From contig NW_024704742.1 of assembly GCF_018977255.1 (NCBI RefSeq), positions 42,100,001 through 42,164,000 on the forward strand: a DNA stretch of 64,000 nucleotides. Direction: 5' to 3'. Made by a program: the position numbers and the translations under genes. Under the pieces are notes generated by a model, which worked only from the letters and a program-made list of their open reading frames with translations, was not told the DNA's origin and searched no databases. This document shows positions 63,540 through 64,000 of the stretch, piece by piece (the first letter of the stretch is position 1; every line of letters starts with the position of its first letter). Origin of the DNA: Callorhinchus milii. Its lineage: Eukaryota.

Positions 63540-63745
63540 GATGCCTCGCGCTGGAAAAAGTGCCTCAGGATGTAAAGTGCATCTCCTCCAGGGAACCCTA
63601 TGTATGTAATGCCGACTCCACAGAATTTGACTCCAGCAAGATCTTGAGTTGGAGCCGAGTTCTTGCAAGTTGGCGTAACCTGCACGGGGTTCCCTGCAGG
63701 AGATGCACTTTATATCCCAAAGGGCTTATTCTCGTGCAAGGCACC
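63540..63745. repeat. ~206-bp imperfect palindrome (foldback element)
   Basis: ggatgtaaagtgcatctcctccagggaaccc at 63568 pairs with gggttccctgcaggagatgcactttatatcc ending at 63717. The centre is caagatcttg (63637-63646). A half copy lies at 28155-28200. Confidence 0.9.
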
Positions 63746-64000
63746 ATTTAGATTGCTGTTTTCCCAATGAGAGATTCCTAAATCCTAATGCCTTTTGAAT
63801 GGTACCAGATTGCCTGGATATTATAATGATAGCTGGGGGTCTGGAGAATTGATCCCTGTTTAGCTGATGTTCAGCTTGGGCAATAGAGGGATTTTATGTT
63901 TGCTCTCAGCGCTCCTGGGATAAGGAGTAACAACACATTCAATGTTCCTGGAAGGCTGGCTGTCGGTGTATGTGGAATTGAACCCCAACAACCCTAACAT

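Noticed and set aside
1..64000. CRISPR array, operon or other prokaryote-type system
   Set aside because: No regularly spaced direct repeats and no gene-dense regions; the repeats are dispersed vertebrate retroposons and MITEs.

Overview
This is eukaryotic, repeat-rich, non-coding vertebrate DNA, probably intronic or intergenic. The repeat content points to a cartilaginous fish, plausibly a chimaera; this is inferred from repeat families recognised from memory. No host protein-coding gene could be supported. The only ORFs with recognisable protein similarity are decayed ORF2 fragments of L2 and CR1 LINEs. The window holds: (1) six young full-length tRNA-Ala-headed SINEs in two subfamilies, plus an older longer variant and many tail-only copies; (2) many older Deu-domain SINEs with the same L2-type tail; (3) L2 and CR1 3' fragments; (4) a Penelope-like remnant with a degenerate hammerhead ribozyme; (5) hAT-Charlie-like and Tc1/mariner-like MITEs and two foldback families; (6) a ~180-bp 28S rRNA pseudogene fragment; (7) an unclassified ~600-bp poly(A)-ended repeat family; and (8) repeat-free tracts that may be conserved non-coding elements. 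I found no convincing new multi-gene system; the most interesting signals concern retroelement biology. All boundaries were read by eye and are approximate for old repeats.
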